From Spirochaetota bacterium (GTDB lineage Bacteria > Spirochaetota > UBA4802 > UBA5550): 64,000 nucleotides of DNA. Location of the stretch: contig CAXXHB010000002.1 of the NCBI GenBank assembly GCA_963664815.2, forward strand, positions 576,001 through 640,000, read 5' to 3'. Below the pieces are notes generated by a model that saw only the letters and a list, made by a program, of their open reading frames with translations, searched no databases and had not been told where the DNA came from. Below are positions 10,049-19,757 of the stretch, piece by piece. The stretch's first letter is position 1. The number at the start of each line of letters is the position of its first letter. Position numbers and translations under genes: made by a program.

Positions 10049-10830
10049 TGAGTTTTGAATACTGGTATATGTTTCCTGTAGCTGTAGTCGTTTCGATACT
10101 TGCCAATTCATCCGGTTTTTCCGGCGGGGTACTATTCCAGCCGATCTATAATCTTTTTCTGAATATTCCTATTCAGAGTGCAGTGGCGACTGGAATTGCC
10201 ACTGAAACTATTGGAATGACAAGCGGTGCGGCAAGGTATATCTATTATAAGATGGTTGATCTTCCGATAGCATTTACTATGATAATGCTCACAATACCGG
10301 GTGTGGTTCTTGGAAATCATGCGCTCATTGTGATAAATGGTGATCTGCTTAAATTTATCCTTGGTTTCATTATTCTTTTTATCGCCACGATGCAGTTCAC
10401 TCATGCAGTAAGAAAATCTTTCGGTGAAAGAGACAGTGTTCCTGTTGAAGATATATACCCTTTTATGTGGATTCCGCCAATCAGCGGATTCTTTTCTGCG
10501 GCGACAGGAACAGGTGTATGTGAGATCTCACAGCCGCTTCTTGAAAAGGGCTTAAATCTTAAAACAAAAAGAGCTAATGCTACAGCCATAATGATTGAAG
10601 CAACTGCCGACTGGATAATAACAATACTGAACATTCATGCAGGATTTATCATGTGGAAGTTGTGGATCTTCACCGGTACAGGAGTAATCATCGGAGGTCA
10701 GATTGGTCCATATATTTCGCGATATCTTCCGGAAAGATTGATTAAAATTATATTTTCAATTTCTATAATTCTCATTGGCATGTTTTATATTTATAAAGGA
10801 TATCTCTGGTTTACTAAAGGGCGGGTCTAA
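10048..10830 (+). CDS. TauE/SafE (TSUP) family transporter
   Basis: SGFSGGVLFQP, AVATG, duplicated TM architecture, GGQIGPY; TAATG stop/start overlap with the upstream gene. Confidence 0.85.
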   Translation: MSFEYWYMFPVAVVVSILANSSGFSGGVLFQPIYNLFLNIPIQSAVATGIATETIGMTSGAARYIYYKMVDLPIAFTMIMLTIPGVVLGNHALIVINGDLLKFILGFIILFIATMQFTHAVRKSFGERDSVPVEDIYPFMWIPPISGFFSAATGTGVCEISQPLLEKGLNLKTKRANATAIMIEATADWIITILNIHAGFIMWKLWIFTGTGVIIGGQIGPYISRYLPERLIKIIFSISIILIGMFYIYKGYLWFTKGRV

Positions 10831-10839
10831 ACATATTTT

Positions 10840-12528
10840 ATGGGACTTATTTTTTTCCTTGAAAGCACAGCGGGACAGGGTGTTCTTTATTTCAGCCAGA
10901 CTCTTCTTTTTTCTGTAATGCTTTATATTCTTGCCGCAGAGTTTATCCGTACCAGAGATAAAACTCTGGTTTATAAGCTGATGGCTTCGTGCAGTATAAC
11001 TTTTGTTAGTGGTGGAACTGCTCTTATATTTATTCTTGATTCTTTTTATAATATTAAAATAACCCAGAAATATTTCCCTTTGATATTCAACGGACTCTTC
11101 GCCATTGTTGTCATTTCCCTGGCTAGGGCTTTTACTTATGAATTTGTTTCAAACAGAGACAGGTTTCAGAAGCTGATAAATTCAGGAATTATTCTTTCAT
11201 GCGTGATATATATTGTAATGCAGATTTACTGGCTTAGCATTTTTACTCCGGGTATGGAGTTCTGGAAGTCAGATCTTCAATTAATATTTTCACTATTCTT
11301 TATTTTTATGGTCATTTTTTCAATATACCATCTTGTGAGATTCAGGAAGAGTTATAAATTAAGACTGGTAACAGGTTTCTCTTCAATCGCCATTGTACAG
11401 ATGATTAATATTTATGGTTCCATTACGAATTACATTCCACCGATTCTTTTCATAATCAAGGCCGCTGCACCGATGCTTGTTCCTGTAATGTTTACAAGCG
11501 TTGTATTCAAGGAATTAATAGGAAGAGTTGTATTAATGGTGGAGCAGATAAGAATAACTTTCGATCATCAGAGGGAGTTAATTTTTGAACTTATAAATAT
11601 AGGCGTAGATCTCTCCTCGATGTCGGATAATCTGGTAAAGGCTGCTCTTGACGGATGGTCTAAACTCTCGTTCGTTGTAGAGACTATAAGGGAACAGATA
11701 AAGGACAGTGATTCATTGAATGAAATTACAAAAGCATCTTCTGAAAGATTAAAGTCGCTTAATCTGAAATCAGTTGAAGAGTCTGTGAATAAACTGATAG
11801 AGAATGCAGTAATATGTTATAATAATGATGATAATGTGTCAAACGGCTTATTCCATGAAATAGTGACAGGGATGGAAAAGACATCAAGACTGGTAGCTGA
11901 ATCGTCTATCGATAGTGAGAAACTTAAAGAATTGCTCCCCGCAGTAAACTCGGCACTTGATAATATTGATGATATTTCTGACAGAACAAATATTCTTTCG
12001 CTGAATGCATCTATTGAAGCAGCAAGAGCCGGTGTTAACGGGAGAGGATTTGCTGTTGTTGCCGAGGAGATCGGCAGACTTGCTGAGAATTCTCTGGCCG
12101 GTTCCAGAGAGGTAAGAAGAAACATTTCAGAGATAATAAATCTCTTCAGAGAATACGAAGAAAAATCGGTAGTTTCGGTTAAAGAGATGAACAGGCTGCT
12201 GGAAAAGCTCGGGGTAATGGGATCTGTAGCTGAGAAAAAAACAGATATAGAGATCGATCCCGCTGTATCGGAAGGAATAAGAACAGGGATTGAATTATAT
12301 AACTCGGTTGTAGGGGAGATTGTAAGAAAAGTGGATAATGTAGAGACAATAACCGGGAGAAGCCGTATCCATGCAGAGGAGATGAAAAATAAAATCAGTG
12401 AACATATCAGAAACATTGAATCATTTGCCGGTATCAGCGATATGATAAATGATCTTGTTGCCAAGCTTAACAGCAAAATTAATGTAATAATTGAGCAGAC
12501 AGGGGAGCTGGAAAAGCTGACTTCGTAG
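10840..12528 (+). CDS. Methyl-accepting chemotaxis-like protein with multi-TM N-terminus
   Basis: About 7 TM helices; hairpin-tip signature [33 protein letters not shown]. Confidence 0.85.
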   Translation: MGLIFFLESTAGQGVLYFSQTLLFSVMLYILAAEFIRTRDKTLVYKLMASCSITFVSGGTALIFILDSFYNIKITQKYFPLIFNGLFAIVVISLARAFTYEFVSNRDRFQKLINSGIILSCVIYIVMQIYWLSIFTPGMEFWKSDLQLIFSLFFIFMVIFSIYHLVRFRKSYKLRLVTGFSSIAIVQMINIYGSITNYIPPILFIIKAAAPMLVPVMFTSVVFKELIGRVVLMVEQIRITFDHQRELIFELINIGVDLSSMSDNLVKAALDGWSKLSFVVETIREQIKDSDSLNEITKASSERLKSLNLKSVEESVNKLIENAVICYNNDDNVSNGLFHEIVTGMEKTSRLVAESSIDSEKLKELLPAVNSALDNIDDISDRTNILSLNASIEAARAGVNGRGFAVVAEEIGRLAENSLAGSREVRRNISEIINLFREYEEKSVVSVKEMNRLLEKLGVMGSVAEKKTDIEIDPAVSEGIRTGIELYNSVVGEIVRKVDNVETITGRSRIHAEEMKNKISEHIRNIESFAGISDMINDLVAKLNSKINVIIEQTGELEKLTS

Positions 12529-12684
12529 AAAACAAAAAAAATCTAATGAGACATAAATAGTATTGACAACTTTAATGATGTTGACAATAAATATTCAGGT
12601 TAAAGGCTTGATAATGGATTTCACTCATAAATAAAATCTCAATGAAGCCGTGACCACTTTATATATGGAAAGTATAAAAGTGAT

Positions 12685-13638
12685 ATGAATTCATTAAACA
12701 GAAAAGACCTCCTCGATATTAAATCGCTCTCTCCTGAAGAAATAATGCTCATATGTGATACAGCAAAGTATTTCAAAGATGTCTTTACCCGCGATGTTAA
12801 AAGTGTACCTGTGTTGAGGGGTAAAACAGTCTGCACGTTGTTTTATGAACCGTCAACCCGTACCAGGCTCAGTTTTGAACTTGCTGCGAAAATGCTGTCG
12901 GCAAATACGATAAATGTCCCTGTTACAACATCGAGTGTTGTAAAGGGGGAATCGCTGATAGATACAGTGAGAACCCTTGAAGCCATGAAGGCAGACTATA
13001 TAGTAATGAGGCATGGAGCATCTTTAGCACCCCATTTTTTATCTAAAAATATCAAGGCTTCTGTTATAAATGGTGGTGACGGTTATCACTCTCATCCCAC
13101 ACAGGCGCTTCTTGATACATATTCTATTCTTGAAAAAAGGGAGACCCTCAGGGGGCTTCATATAGGGATTATCGGTGATATAAAACATTCAAGGGTTGCG
13201 AGATCGGATATTGTTGCTTTTACAAAACTAGGGGCAAAGATAACCCTGTGCGGACCTTCAACACTTCTTCCCGATGAGTTTAAACAGTATGGCGTGGATA
13301 TTACCTATGACCTTGATGAGCTTCTTCCTGAGCTTGATGTAATAAATATGCTAAGAATTCAGAGAGAAAGACAGAAAGGATCACTTTTCCCGTCAATCAG
13401 GGAATATAATCTTCTATATTCCCTTACCGAAGAGAGATTTGAAAAATGCAAGCCGGAAATTATCGTGATGCATCCCGGGCCGATGAATCGCGGGATTGAA
13501 CTTGATGATGCCGTGGCTGACTGCCCTAATTCGATAATTAACGAACAGGTGACTAACGGTGTGGCTGTGAGAATGGCTATTTTTTATTTACTGGCGGGCG
13601 GGACTCCGCTTAGTGGCGCTGATACTGAGGGTAATTGA
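12685..13638 (+). CDS. pyrB: Aspartate carbamoyltransferase catalytic subunit
   Basis: FYEPSTRTRLSFE, HPTQALLD, GDIKHSRV, RIQRER, MHPGP. Confidence 0.97.
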   Translation: MNSLNRKDLLDIKSLSPEEIMLICDTAKYFKDVFTRDVKSVPVLRGKTVCTLFYEPSTRTRLSFELAAKMLSANTINVPVTTSSVVKGESLIDTVRTLEAMKADYIVMRHGASLAPHFLSKNIKASVINGGDGYHSHPTQALLDTYSILEKRETLRGLHIGIIGDIKHSRVARSDIVAFTKLGAKITLCGPSTLLPDEFKQYGVDITYDLDELLPELDVINMLRIQRERQKGSLFPSIREYNLLYSLTEERFEKCKPEIIVMHPGPMNRGIELDDAVADCPNSIINEQVTNGVAVRMAIFYLLAGGTPLSGADTEGN

Positions 13639-13643
13639 TATAT

Positions 13644-14936
13644 ATGGGTATACTGATTAAAAATGGAAGAGTAATAGATCCGGCAAGCAGGACGGATGAA
13701 CGGCTTGATGTAGTTATCAGCGATAATAAAATTAAGGATATTGCAAAAAATCTGAGCCCGGCATCCGGCGATGAAGTCATAGATGTGCGGGGTGCTCTTG
13801 TGCTTCCAGGTCTTATTGACATGCATGTTCATTTTCGCGAACCCGGCAGGGAGGATATCGAAACTATAATAGGCGGTTCAATAGTCGCAGCAAAAAGCGG
13901 TTTTACATCTGTTTGTACAATGCCTAACACTTCACCTGTGATTGATAACCAGGCTCTTGTCCGTTTTATAATTATGGAAGCGGCAAAAGGTCCAATAAAT
14001 GTTTTTCCTACAGCGAATATTTCAAAAGGGGGGAAGGGTGAGGAAATTTCCGAAATGGGGGAGCTCGTTAAAGGGGGAGCCGTAGCCTTTACCGATGATG
14101 GCCGCCCGGTGATGAATTCAATTCTTATGAGGAGAGCACTTGAATACTCGCGTATGTTTAATGTGCCGGTACTTTCTCATGCTGAGGATAAACTTCTCGC
14201 TGATGAAGGTTTAATGAATGAAGGGCTAAATTCAAACAGACTTGGACTTCATGGAATCCCATCCGAAGCAGAAGAAGTGATGATAGCCAGGGATATAATT
14301 CTTTCCAGACTTGCCAAGGGAAAACTCCATATATGTCACGTATCATCAGCTGGATCTGTTGAATTGATCCGTCGCGGGAAATCCGATGGCATTAATGTTT
14401 CATGTGAAACCGCTCCTCACTATTTCGCGCTCAATGATGATGCTGTAGAAGAACATATGTCAATGGCTAAAATGAATCCACCACTGCGAAGCGAACATGA
14501 CAGAAAGGAGATTATTCGTGGGCTTAAAGATGGAACAATTGAAGTGATTGCAACAGATCACGCTCCTCACGCGTTGTTTGAAAAAATGCAGGAGATGGAG
14601 TATTCTCCTTTTGGAATTATAGGGCTTGAAACAGCTGTGCCATTAATTATAACAGAGCTTGTTCGCAATAATAATTTTTCATATATAGAAGCATTCTCCA
14701 AGATCACGTGCAATCCGTCTAAAATTCTCAATCTTGGAAAAGGTGAATTAAAACCAGGCGCTGCAGGGGATTTAACTGTTATAAATCCTGATGAAAAAGT
14801 GGTAGTTGATGAAAAATTCCTCATTTCTAAATGCAAAAATACGCCTTTCGTCGGGAAAGAACTTTTTGGTAGTATCGAATACACTATATGCAACGGAAGA
14901 ATAGTGTATAAGAGGAACCAGGCCTGGGATAGATGA
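13644..14936 (+). CDS. pyrC: Dihydroorotase (multifunctional-complex type); alternative TTG start at 13635
   Basis: DMHVHFREPG, MPNT, KMNPPLR, IATDHAPH, PFGIIGLE; follows pyrB. Confidence 0.95.
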   Translation: MGILIKNGRVIDPASRTDERLDVVISDNKIKDIAKNLSPASGDEVIDVRGALVLPGLIDMHVHFREPGREDIETIIGGSIVAAKSGFTSVCTMPNTSPVIDNQALVRFIIMEAAKGPINVFPTANISKGGKGEEISEMGELVKGGAVAFTDDGRPVMNSILMRRALEYSRMFNVPVLSHAEDKLLADEGLMNEGLNSNRLGLHGIPSEAEEVMIARDIILSRLAKGKLHICHVSSAGSVELIRRGKSDGINVSCETAPHYFALNDDAVEEHMSMAKMNPPLRSEHDRKEIIRGLKDGTIEVIATDHAPHALFEKMQEMEYSPFGIIGLETAVPLIITELVRNNNFSYIEAFSKITCNPSKILNLGKGELKPGAAGDLTVINPDEKVVVDEKFLISKCKNTPFVGKELFGSIEYTICNGRIVYKRNQAWDR

Positions 14937-16876
14937 AGTCGATCCATTCTGAAAAGCATATAACAACTTCTGAAACTGCACAGATGCTGGGAATATCTGT
15001 AACATCCGTTAAAAATTGGGTGCGTCATGGTTTTATCGAAAGAGTAATAAATGATGCGGATGTTTTTTTTCTTGAAAAAGATGTAGTTTCTCTTCGCAAT
15101 CGTATACTTAACGGTGAACTTAAACGCCTTAATAACAGGGCAAATAAATCTAGTTCATTGAAGACTTTTTTCCCTGATGAGCTTTTTAGCAGTGAAGAAG
15201 AAAAACGTATTGTATCAGAAATTTCTTCATTTATAATGAGACATAATATACCATTATCATCAGCACTCTTTCTTATTTGCCTTAACCTTCTTGAAAAAAG
15301 AGGGATGCTTGAAGGTGCTGCTCCGGAGGATATACTCTTTACAAGGAAAATAAATATAAGGAACAGAAAGCAGTTAAGTGAAACCCTAGATCAATGGAGG
15401 GGATCGTTATCATCAGATGTAAAACCTGAATTTTTTGAAATTTTAAAAGTGAGCTTCCCTGATCATTCAAATATTACCGGGATAATTTATCAGTCTATTC
15501 GTATAGAAGGAGACAGGAGCAGGCTTGGGATGTATTATACTCCGGATAATGTAGTATCAGAAATTGTCGGGAGAATTGTATCACCAGAATACTTCTTTCT
15601 CGATCCATGCTGCGGAACAGGACAGTTTCTCCTTGCATTCGCAGATAAAACAACTAATCCGGAAAATATTTATGGAATTGATATAGATCCGTTAGCTGTG
15701 AATGTTGCAAAAATAAATCTGCTGATGAAATTTCCAGATAAAGATTTCAACCCCAGAGTTTTCTGTGCTGATTCACTTCTTGATTATAATGAGTCATTTC
15801 TTTTGAGTGACATGAATAATTTTTCTAAATTTGACTGCATCGCCACTAATCCGCCATGGGGATCTTATTTTAACAACGATGAATTAAAAAATCTTAAAAC
15901 ATTTTATCCGGAAATTGTTTCCGGAGAATCCTTTTCATATTTTTTAGTAAAAAGTCTTCGTATGCTGAAATATCAGGGTATTTTATCTTTTGTACTTCCG
16001 GAGTCAATGCTGAATGTGAAAATTCATTCAGATATAAGAAAATACATTTTATCCAATTATCATATTTCCAGGATAGAACAGAAGAAAAAAATATTTAAGA
16101 ATGTATTCAGCCCTGCAATGGTGATTGATATACAAAATGTTAAAAGCAGTAAAAGGATAGAAATTATAAATAAAAATGAATCATTCCGAATAAACCAAAA
16201 TAGATTTAGCAGTAACAGTAATTATATTTTTGATATTAAAATTGATATTGAAGATGAGAAAATTCTTGATAAGATATTTTCATGCAATCATCAAACAGTA
16301 AAAGGTAATGCCGCATGGGCACTTGGTATAGTGACTGGAAACAATCAGAAATATATAAAGGATAAAAATGATAACCACTGTGAACCAGTTATTAAAGGTA
16401 AAGATATTTCCCCTTTTAAAATTAATCCCCCCAGTACCTTTATTAAATTTGAACCTGAAAAATTTCAACAGTGTGCAGATGTGAACTTTTACAGATGTGG
16501 TGAGAAACTGGTATACAAGTATATCTCAAAAAAACTGATTTTTGCGTGCGACAGGGATAATAGATTAACCCTTAACAGTGCAAACATTATGATTCCACAA
16601 TTAGAAAGTGTTGATATCAGGATTATTATGGCGTTGTTTAATTCAGATTTGTATCAGTATATTTTTCAGAAGAAATTTTCATCAGTTAAGGTTCTCAGAA
16701 GTCATATTGAAGAACTACCCGTTCCGGAGATGGCAAAAAATCAACAGCAGTCAATTATAAAAATGGTTGAGGATGTTGAATCAGGGGGTCCGGTTAATGA
16801 TATTAATGAATTTGTTTATGGAATTTTCGGTCTTAATGAATCTGAAATTAAATATATAAAGAAAAGAGTGGAATAA
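14933..16876 (+). CDS. Gamma-class amino-DNA methyltransferase (TaqI-like) with N-terminal HTH; no cognate endonuclease nearby
   Basis: GMYYTP, LDPCCGTGQFL (motif I), ATNPPW (motif IV), C-terminal TaqI_C-like TRD; N-terminal HTH TTSETAQMLGISVTSVKNWVRHG. Confidence 0.85.
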   Translation: MKSIHSEKHITTSETAQMLGISVTSVKNWVRHGFIERVINDADVFFLEKDVVSLRNRILNGELKRLNNRANKSSSLKTFFPDELFSSEEEKRIVSEISSFIMRHNIPLSSALFLICLNLLEKRGMLEGAAPEDILFTRKINIRNRKQLSETLDQWRGSLSSDVKPEFFEILKVSFPDHSNITGIIYQSIRIEGDRSRLGMYYTPDNVVSEIVGRIVSPEYFFLDPCCGTGQFLLAFADKTTNPENIYGIDIDPLAVNVAKINLLMKFPDKDFNPRVFCADSLLDYNESFLLSDMNNFSKFDCIATNPPWGSYFNNDELKNLKTFYPEIVSGESFSYFLVKSLRMLKYQGILSFVLPESMLNVKIHSDIRKYILSNYHISRIEQKKKIFKNVFSPAMVIDIQNVKSSKRIEIINKNESFRINQNRFSSNSNYIFDIKIDIEDEKILDKIFSCNHQTVKGNAAWALGIVTGNNQKYIKDKNDNHCEPVIKGKDISPFKINPPSTFIKFEPEKFQQCADVNFYRCGEKLVYKYISKKLIFACDRDNRLTLNSANIMIPQLESVDIRIIMALFNSDLYQYIFQKKFSSVKVLRSHIEELPVPEMAKNQQQSIIKMVEDVESGGPVNDINEFVYGIFGLNESEIKYIKKRVE

Positions 16877-16880
16877 CAAA

Positions 16881-17768
16881 TTACTCTTTAAGCTTTTCAT
16901 TCATAAAATCCATAAGCTCCGGAATCTGCTGTCTCCATGATGTCCATCCGTACATACCATATTTATTGTCCTTGTATACAATACTATATTCAGGAGATTT
17001 TTTCTGAAGCTGCTTCAGCTTTATGGCCATAATACGGGATTGACCGGGATTATATGCATCCTGTTTTAATCCGTGATACAGATAGACATTAACTCCTTTG
17101 AGCTTTTCTGCAAGCTTAAGAGGATTATCGTCGTTTTCCCATCTTATCTGAAATTTGGTATAACTTCCATAAACAGCTTCTATCATTTTGCTGTTTGGAA
17201 GAATTGTCGGGTCATAATATCCGGAAATTCCGGCTGTAGCTCCGAATTTTTCAGGGTATTGGCATGCTGTTAGTATTGCTCCATGTGCCCCGGCAATTAC
17301 GCCAATGATTCCTGTATTCTCTTTTTTTAATGCCAGTGAAAAGTTATCATTGAGAAATTTTATCAGGGTTTCTCCAATAAATTTTCCTCCTGGTATTACA
17401 TTCCATTTGTATGTTGTTTCAGGATAGTAGGAAGTTTCATATACAGACTTATTCATATTGGGGCATACTATTATCATGTTGTATTTATTTGCAGATGATT
17501 CTATAGATGCTCCGGTTTCCCAGTCTCTTTCGTTGCTGTCATACTGGTGCAGAGCGATTAATGTTCTTAGTTTATCGCCTTTTGTGTAGTTTTTAGGGAA
17601 GTATATCTGAATTTTAGCTGTAGATGATTCTCCCATGTATTCAGTTTTCACAATTACATTTTTAAGCCACTTACCAGGTTGAATCTGGCTGATGTAATCA
17701 ACATCTCCTGCTGAAACTATGAGTGGCAATAAAAGAAAAAAAACAAGTAACGGGAAACATTTTTTCAT
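16881..17768 (-). CDS. Exported alpha/beta-hydrolase (esterase family) homologue with degenerate active site
   Basis: Signal peptide; IYFP, IALH, IIVCP, TGIIGVIAGAHGA, YLYHGLKQD; the nucleophile elbow lacks Ser. Confidence 0.7.
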   Translation of the reverse strand: MKKCFPLLVFFLLLPLIVSAGDVDYISQIQPGKWLKNVIVKTEYMGESSTAKIQIYFPKNYTKGDKLRTLIALHQYDSNERDWETGASIESSANKYNMIIVCPNMNKSVYETSYYPETTYKWNVIPGGKFIGETLIKFLNDNFSLALKKENTGIIGVIAGAHGAILTACQYPEKFGATAGISGYYDPTILPNSKMIEAVYGSYTKFQIRWENDDNPLKLAEKLKGVNVYLYHGLKQDAYNPGQSRIMAIKLKQLQKKSPEYSIVYKDNKYGMYGWTSWRQQIPELMDFMNEKLKE

Positions 17769-17919
17769 GAGTATAGACCTCATCTGCAAATTATGATTTT
17801 TATATATTACGGCTGAAAGAGACAAAGATATAAAATTATTAAATTCAACTATAAATTAAGTAATATATGCAAATATAATTTAAACAATTTATGTATTACG
17901 AGTCAAGCAGTTTAATAAT

Positions 17920-18594
17920 TCAGGGAAGATAGCCGTTTTCTTTCATGCTATAATATGATAAGTTTGTGAGTATTATATGATCAAGCAATGGTATTCCAAC
18001 TATTTTACCTGCTTCGATCAGCCTTTTAGTTGTTTCAATATCCTGTTTTGAAGGAGTAGTGTTCCCTGACGGGTGATTATGAGTGACAATTATTCCAGAA
18101 CCGGCTTCTTTTATGGCATCTCTAAAAACTTCGCGAGGATGTACAATAGCTTCGGTAATGGTTCCAATTGATATAATGCTTTTTTTCAGCAGCATATTTT
18201 TATTATTCACAACCAAAACTCGGAATTCCTCTTTTTGAAGACATGCGATTTCCGGAAGTAGAAGCTGCCAAACGGCATCCGGTGAGCTTATATGCTTCAG
18301 ATCTGCAATATCTGTAATTACACGCCGTCCTATTTCAAATGCTGCCTGAATTTTTACAGCTTTTTTTAGTCCCAGACCTTTTTCTGCAGCTATTTCCCGT
18401 AGTCCTGCTTTTGATACTGCAGAAAGCCCCCCCATATTTTTTATGATTCTTGATGACAGTTCAAGTACATCTATATCTTTTATTCCTGTTCCAAGGATGA
18501 CTGCCAGTAGTTCTGTATCCGAAAGATTCTGTACGCTTTCGCCATCGATGCATTTCTGCACAGGGAGTTTAAAGTCAGCATGCATTTTACTCAT
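17920..18594 (-). CDS. radC: RadC/JAB-domain protein
   Basis: LSDTELLAVILGTG, HhH region, EEF, VHPREVF, HNHPSG, SKQD, LLDHII; start at 18594 has an AGAGG RBS. Confidence 0.92.
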   Translation of the reverse strand: MSKMHADFKLPVQKCIDGESVQNLSDTELLAVILGTGIKDIDVLELSSRIIKNMGGLSAVSKAGLREIAAEKGLGLKKAVKIQAAFEIGRRVITDIADLKHISSPDAVWQLLLPEIACLQKEEFRVLVVNNKNMLLKKSIISIGTITEAIVHPREVFRDAIKEAGSGIIVTHNHPSGNTTPSKQDIETTKRLIEAGKIVGIPLLDHIILTNLSYYSMKENGYLP

Positions 18595-19612
18595 TGATTT
18601 TAGCCTCTTTATATATTCTGTTAAATTCCTCAATGTATTTTAAGGCTAATTCGCTGCTTTCTATTATAATAATATTTTCGTCATTTTTAATGTTGGCGTT
18701 TTTTGAAATGTTGAACGAACCAGTTATAACATTAAGATCATCTATGATGATTACTTTGTGGTGCATAATATATTTATTTCCGTCAAGTCGCACAGGAATA
18801 CCTTCAATTTTCATCTTTGTATACTCGGAATATTCAGTATCAGACCCTTTTTTCTCGAAAACACCTTCGACAGGTATGCCTTTCTTAAATTTTTCGATCA
18901 TTAGCTCACCAATGATGTCAGAGGTGAACGAGAATTGCATAAATTTTATTGATTTTTCAGCTTTTTTTATTTTATCATAAATAATTTTTTCAACATTATC
19001 CTCTGGAGCAAAATATACGTTAATATTCATCTTGTCGAGCTTTGTATTATACTTTCTTCGTAGCTTTTTAAAGGCGCCTTCTTCATTTCTGTTTCCAAAG
19101 ATTCCTGAATCAAACATTTCGGTGAATTCAGAGAGATAAATTTCTGCAAGCTCAGATGAATGTATGAGCAGGGCATTATTGTTATTTTTCCATGTGCAGT
19201 TTTCGGTCATGTTATAAGATCCTGTAAAGACAGTCGAACCATCTATAACAGCAAACTTGTTATGCATAAGACCCGTATTTGTATCCGTTACAACGGGGAT
19301 TTGATTCTCCATAATTTTTGTAATAGCTCTCCCCGAAAAGTTGTCATTATCTGTAACAAGTTTTACCTCTATACCTCTCTTATGTGCAGCAACCAGTTCT
19401 TCAGCAATTTTCATTGATGAAATATCATAGAAAGCACCGTAGAAAAATTGTTTTGAATTTTTAATAGCAAGAATAAGACCGTCCTGCGGGTTTGCAGCAA
19501 TACACTTTTTCATTTTTGAAGGATTTGTAAAGTAAACTTCCCATTTTTTTTCTGCATATGATGTGGAATAAAGAAAAAAATGAAGAATGAAAACTATGAT
19601 TATTTTTTTCAA
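18587..19612 (-). CDS. Exported phospholipase D-superfamily protein (two HKD motifs)
   Basis: MHNKFAVID...GSYN and MHHKVIIID...GSFN; signal peptide. Confidence 0.88.
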   Translation of the reverse strand: MKKIIIVFILHFFLYSTSYAEKKWEVYFTNPSKMKKCIAANPQDGLILAIKNSKQFFYGAFYDISSMKIAEELVAAHKRGIEVKLVTDNDNFSGRAITKIMENQIPVVTDTNTGLMHNKFAVIDGSTVFTGSYNMTENCTWKNNNNALLIHSSELAEIYLSEFTEMFDSGIFGNRNEEGAFKKLRRKYNTKLDKMNINVYFAPEDNVEKIIYDKIKKAEKSIKFMQFSFTSDIIGELMIEKFKKGIPVEGVFEKKGSDTEYSEYTKMKIEGIPVRLDGNKYIMHHKVIIIDDLNVITGSFNISKNANIKNDENIIIIESSELALKYIEEFNRIYKEAKINE

Positions 19613-19646
19613 GAGATTCCCTCAATTAATTTCAACGTATGGAGAC

Positions 19647-19687
19647 TTTACTGCTTTCAGTAAGATTAATGAATGGAAAGCAGTAAA
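19647..19687. other. 12-bp inverted repeat / stem-loop between genes
   Basis: TTTACTGCTTTC (19647-19658) and GAAAGCAGTAAA (19676-19687). Confidence 0.5.
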
Positions 19688-19757
19688 AAATAGCACAGTT
19701 CAATCAAAATCTGATGCTGATATTTATACGTTCAGGAGCTGGAAAAAATGAATTTTT

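Noticed and set aside
11817-12476. 219-aa antisense ORF, and the many other short antisense ORFs in the track
   Set aside because: Fully overlap well-supported genes on the opposite strand and have no motifs
12529-12684. PyrR attenuator upstream of pyrB
   Set aside because: No PyrR-binding loop consensus or terminator/antiterminator pair; no pyrR gene in the window
14933-16876. Complete restriction-modification system or defence island
   Set aside because: No endonuclease or specificity subunit nearby; flanks are pyrC and an esterase-like gene; no mobility genes
17920-18594. RadC as a marker of a mobile element
   Set aside because: Full-length chromosomal type with N-terminal HhH region; no integrase or att sites seen
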